IMG/VR virus record: IMGVR_UViG_3300045988_001352 | Location: 1-6,324 of that record | Source: a virus | Length of the DNA stretch: 6,324 nt | Direction: 5' to 3' (one strand) | In this document: piece after piece, positions 5,266 to 6,324 of the stretch | Numbering within the stretch: position 1 is the stretch's first letter | How the letters are laid out: each line of letters opens with the position of its first letter | Notes under the pieces: generated by a model | The model's input: only the letters and a program-made list of their open reading frames with translations | Told to the model about the DNA's origin: nothing | Database searches by the model: none | Program-made: the position numbers and the translations under genes

Positions 5266-6324
5266 ATGGCTTCTTACACTGGAATGTCCAATCTCCAGAA
5301 CCACCCTCACCGTTCTGGATTTGACATTGGACGTAAAAATGCATTTACTGCAAAGGTTGGTGAGCTTCTTCCCATCTATTGGGATATTTCCATGCCCGGA
5401 GATAAGTATAGGTTCAATGTCGAGTATTTTACCCGTACTCAGCCCGTTGAATCTTCTGCTTATACCCGGTTGCGTGAATACTTTGATTTCTATGCTGTGC
5501 CGTTGCGCCTTCTCTGGAAGTCTGCTCCTTCCGTGTTGACTCGTATGCAGGATGTTAATCAGATTCAAGCTTCGTCTTTTTCTCAAAACTTAAGTCTTGG
5601 CTCTTATTTGCCCTCATTTCCTCTCAATTTGTTCAATTCTGTTCTTACTCGTATGAATGGAACAAGTACGAATCCTGGCTATACCAATTCGTTAACAAAT
5701 ATGTTTGGTTTTTATCGTTCTGATTTGTCCTATAAGTTGTTATCTTATCTTGGCTACGGGAATATTATTTCTGTCGATCCTTCTTCTGGTAATCGTTGGT
5801 GGTCTACTTCTTTAAAGGTTAGTGATAATTCAAAGAAGTATACTCAGCGATATATTCAGAATAATTATGTAAATCTTTTTCCTCTCTTGGCTTATCAGAA
5901 AATATATCAGGATTTTTTTCGTTGGTCGCAGTGGGAATACTCTAATCCATCTTCTTATAATGTGGATTATTATGACGGTGCTATCCCTTCTTTGATAAGC
6001 TCTCTTCCTGCTCACGATTCTGATTATTGGAAATCCGATACAATGTTTGACCTCAAATATTGTAATTGGAACAAGGATATGTTGATGGGTGTTCTCCCGA
6101 ACTCTCAGTTTGGCGATGTCGCTGTTATTGATATTTCTGATTCTGGCGCTTCTGATATTGTTTTAGGTCCTGCTACCGCAAAGAGTAAAATTGGTGTTGC
6201 TTCTGCAGTTTCTACTAATTCTGCTTCGGTTCCTTTCTTCGCTTTAGAGGCTTCTGCTTCTAATACTGTTCCCGTTGGTTCTACTCTTCGTGTTGATTTG
6301 TCTACTTTGCAATCTCAGTTCACT
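5266..6324 (+). CDS. VP1: Major capsid protein (VP1/F family), N-terminal 353 codons. It is 3'-open at the window end. The last 141 nt duplicate 1..141, and the CDS continues to 933 on the circle.
   Basis: ATG at 5266 is followed by an uninterrupted frame-1 reading frame to the window end, which I translated by hand. The N-terminus is MASYTGMSNLQNHPHRSGFDIGRKNAFTAKVGELLPIYWDISMPGDKYRFNVEYFTRTQPVESSAYTRLREYFDFYAVPLRLLW, the hallmark N-terminal block of gokusho/alpavirus capsid proteins. It is absent from the ORF track only because there is no stop inside the window. Confidence 0.93.
   Translation, partial: MASYTGMSNLQNHPHRSGFDIGRKNAFTAKVGELLPIYWDISMPGDKYRFNVEYFTRTQPVESSAYTRLREYFDFYAVPLRLLWKSAPSVLTRMQDVNQIQASSFSQNLSLGSYLPSFPLNLFNSVLTRMNGTSTNPGYTNSLTNMFGFYRSDLSYKLLSYLGYGNIISVDPSSGNRWWSTSLKVSDNSKKYTQRYIQNNYVNLFPLLAYQKIYQDFFRWSQWEYSNPSSYNVDYYDGAIPSLISSLPAHDSDYWKSDTMFDLKYCNWNKDMLMGVLPNSQFGDVAVIDISDSGASDIVLGPATAKSKIGVASAVSTNSASVPFFALEASASNTVPVGSTLRVDLSTLQSQFT
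6184..6324. repeat. Terminal direct repeat, right copy (identical to 1..141)
   Basis: See the left copy: 141/141 identity at an offset of 6183 nt. Confidence 0.97.

Noticed and set aside
581-5539. Many 60-176-aa ORFs overlap the real genes in an alternative + strand frame: 581..781, 997..1356, 1695..1928, 2286..2471, 3031..3129, 3598..3909, 4090..4620, 4699..4959 and 5255..5539. They could be read as phiX-style overprinted genes.
   Set aside because: Every one lies in the +1 frame relative to the genuine gene. Most translate to F/L/I-rich strings and several start at non-ATG codons. This is the expected by-product of strong T preference at codon position 3, which depletes stops in the +1 frame. 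The 176-aa ORF at 4090..4620 is the least artefact-like. Only comparative conservation, such as suppressed synonymous variation in VP4, could rescue it.
61-6015. Minus-strand ORFs: 61..255, 487..864, 930..1448, 1445..1720, 1964..2185, 2279..2593, 5200..5586 and 5830..6015.
   Set aside because: All are antisense to well-supported + strand genes and have low-complexity R/S/I/N-rich translations with no recognisable motif. Microviridae express genes from one strand only. The 172-aa ORF at 930..1448 simply mirrors the open + strand ORF.

Overview
The window is one complete circular ssDNA phage genome of the family Microviridae. It is most consistent with the Bacteroidetes-associated Alpavirinae-like lineage. 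It has been linearised inside the major capsid gene with a 141-nt terminal overlap: 1..141 is identical to 6184..6324, so the unit length is 6183 nt. All supported genes are on the + strand. Around the circle the order is: major capsid protein VP1 (5266..6324, continuing 1..933, 616 aa in total), an acidic 160-aa protein (possible scaffold), the DNA pilot protein VP2, a 451-nt non-coding block, two small ORFs, a peptidase M15 (LAS-type zinc peptidoglycan peptidase), and the rolling-circle replication initiator VP4. The non-coding block contains an intrinsic terminator, a GC-rich hairpin-dense segment, an AT-rich segment and a Bacteroides-type promoter. Four things deserve a second look. First, a true muralytic enzyme sits behind a 29-aa single-TM peptide ORF in a 6-kb microvirus. 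Second, the intergenic block is unusually large, structured and GC-rich, and is a candidate complementary-strand origin or attachment region. Third, there is a dif XerD-arm-like 11-mer in a genome with no integrase. Fourth, VP4 is unusually large. Nothing here could be checked against databases. All family assignments rest on motifs read by eye.
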